Assembly: GCA_032718475.1 (NCBI GenBank)
Contig: JAUCBJ010008061.1
Location: 53,687-117,686 of the forward strand
DNA: 64,000 nt
Origin: Nemertoderma westbladi
Taxonomy: Eukaryota > Animalia > Xenacoelomorpha
Reading direction: 5' to 3'
The position numbers and the translations under genes were made by a program. Position 1 is the stretch's first letter; every line of letters begins with the position of its first letter. The notes under the pieces are model-generated. The model ran no database searches. It had not been told where the DNA came from and worked only from the letters and a program-made list of their open reading frames with translations. Positions 63,630 through 64,000 of the stretch are shown in pieces.

Positions 63630-63918
63630 TTCAGTTGTACAGTAGAGGGTACAACCATAGATTTCGATGTCTCACGGTTTTGGTGTAGAGATTCAGTTGT
63701 ACAGTAAGAGGGTACAACCATAGATTTCGAAGTCTCACGGTTTTGGTGTAGAGATTCAGTTGTACTGTAAGAGGGTACAACCATAGATTTCGAAGTCTCA
63801 CGGTTTTGGTGTAGAGTTTCAGTTGTACTGTAAGAGGGTACAACCATAGATTTCGAAGTCTCACGGTTTTGGTGTCGAGTTTCAGTTGTACTGTAAGAGG
63901 GTACAACCATAGATTTCG
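63630..63918. repeat. 63-bp tandem repeat, about 4.5 units
   Basis: gatttcgaagtctcacggttttggtgtagagattcagttgtactgtaagagggtacaaccata at 63660, 63723, 63786 and 63849. Confidence 0.9.
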
Positions 63919-64000
63919 CTCTTACCGTTTTGTACGTGGGGGGGGGGGGGGGGGGGGGGGGGAGGAGCAGCCATCCGAACACCATTAAATAGATCGAAAC

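Noticed and set aside
63590-63985. Repetitive ORFs at the window end
   Set aside because: Frames of a 63-bp tandem repeat next to a poly-G run.

Overview
AT-rich animal (invertebrate-like) genomic window with nested genes and mobile elements. A host LRSAM1-like E3 ligase gene runs on the minus strand: 8 exons traced from 59743 down to 27403, with later exons not found in the window. Its introns hold an antisense 4-exon ZNF367-like gene, whose first exon end and splice donor are amplified about 20 times as a 90-bp array, and an intronless FHOD-like formin. Left of the last traced exon lie a degenerate intron-containing Helitron (21.3-27.1 kb), a non-autonomous TIR element with a regularly spaced 15-bp motif, an intronless GPI-type cysteine-rich gene and RTE-like LINE remnants. 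At 3.6-12.3 kb is a Polinton/Maverick (adintovirus-like) element: RING protein, packaging ATPase, pX-like core protein, integrase, two penton-like genes and a major capsid gene, plus a PR/SET-zinc-finger remnant and a G-rich minisatellite. The capsid gene is cut after codon 30 by an LTR retrotransposon. The visible 3' part of that element (PPT + LTR) carries an extra ORF encoding a DEDDy 3'-5' exonuclease and a triple CCHC zinc knuckle. All calls come from reading motifs by eye; no database searches were run.
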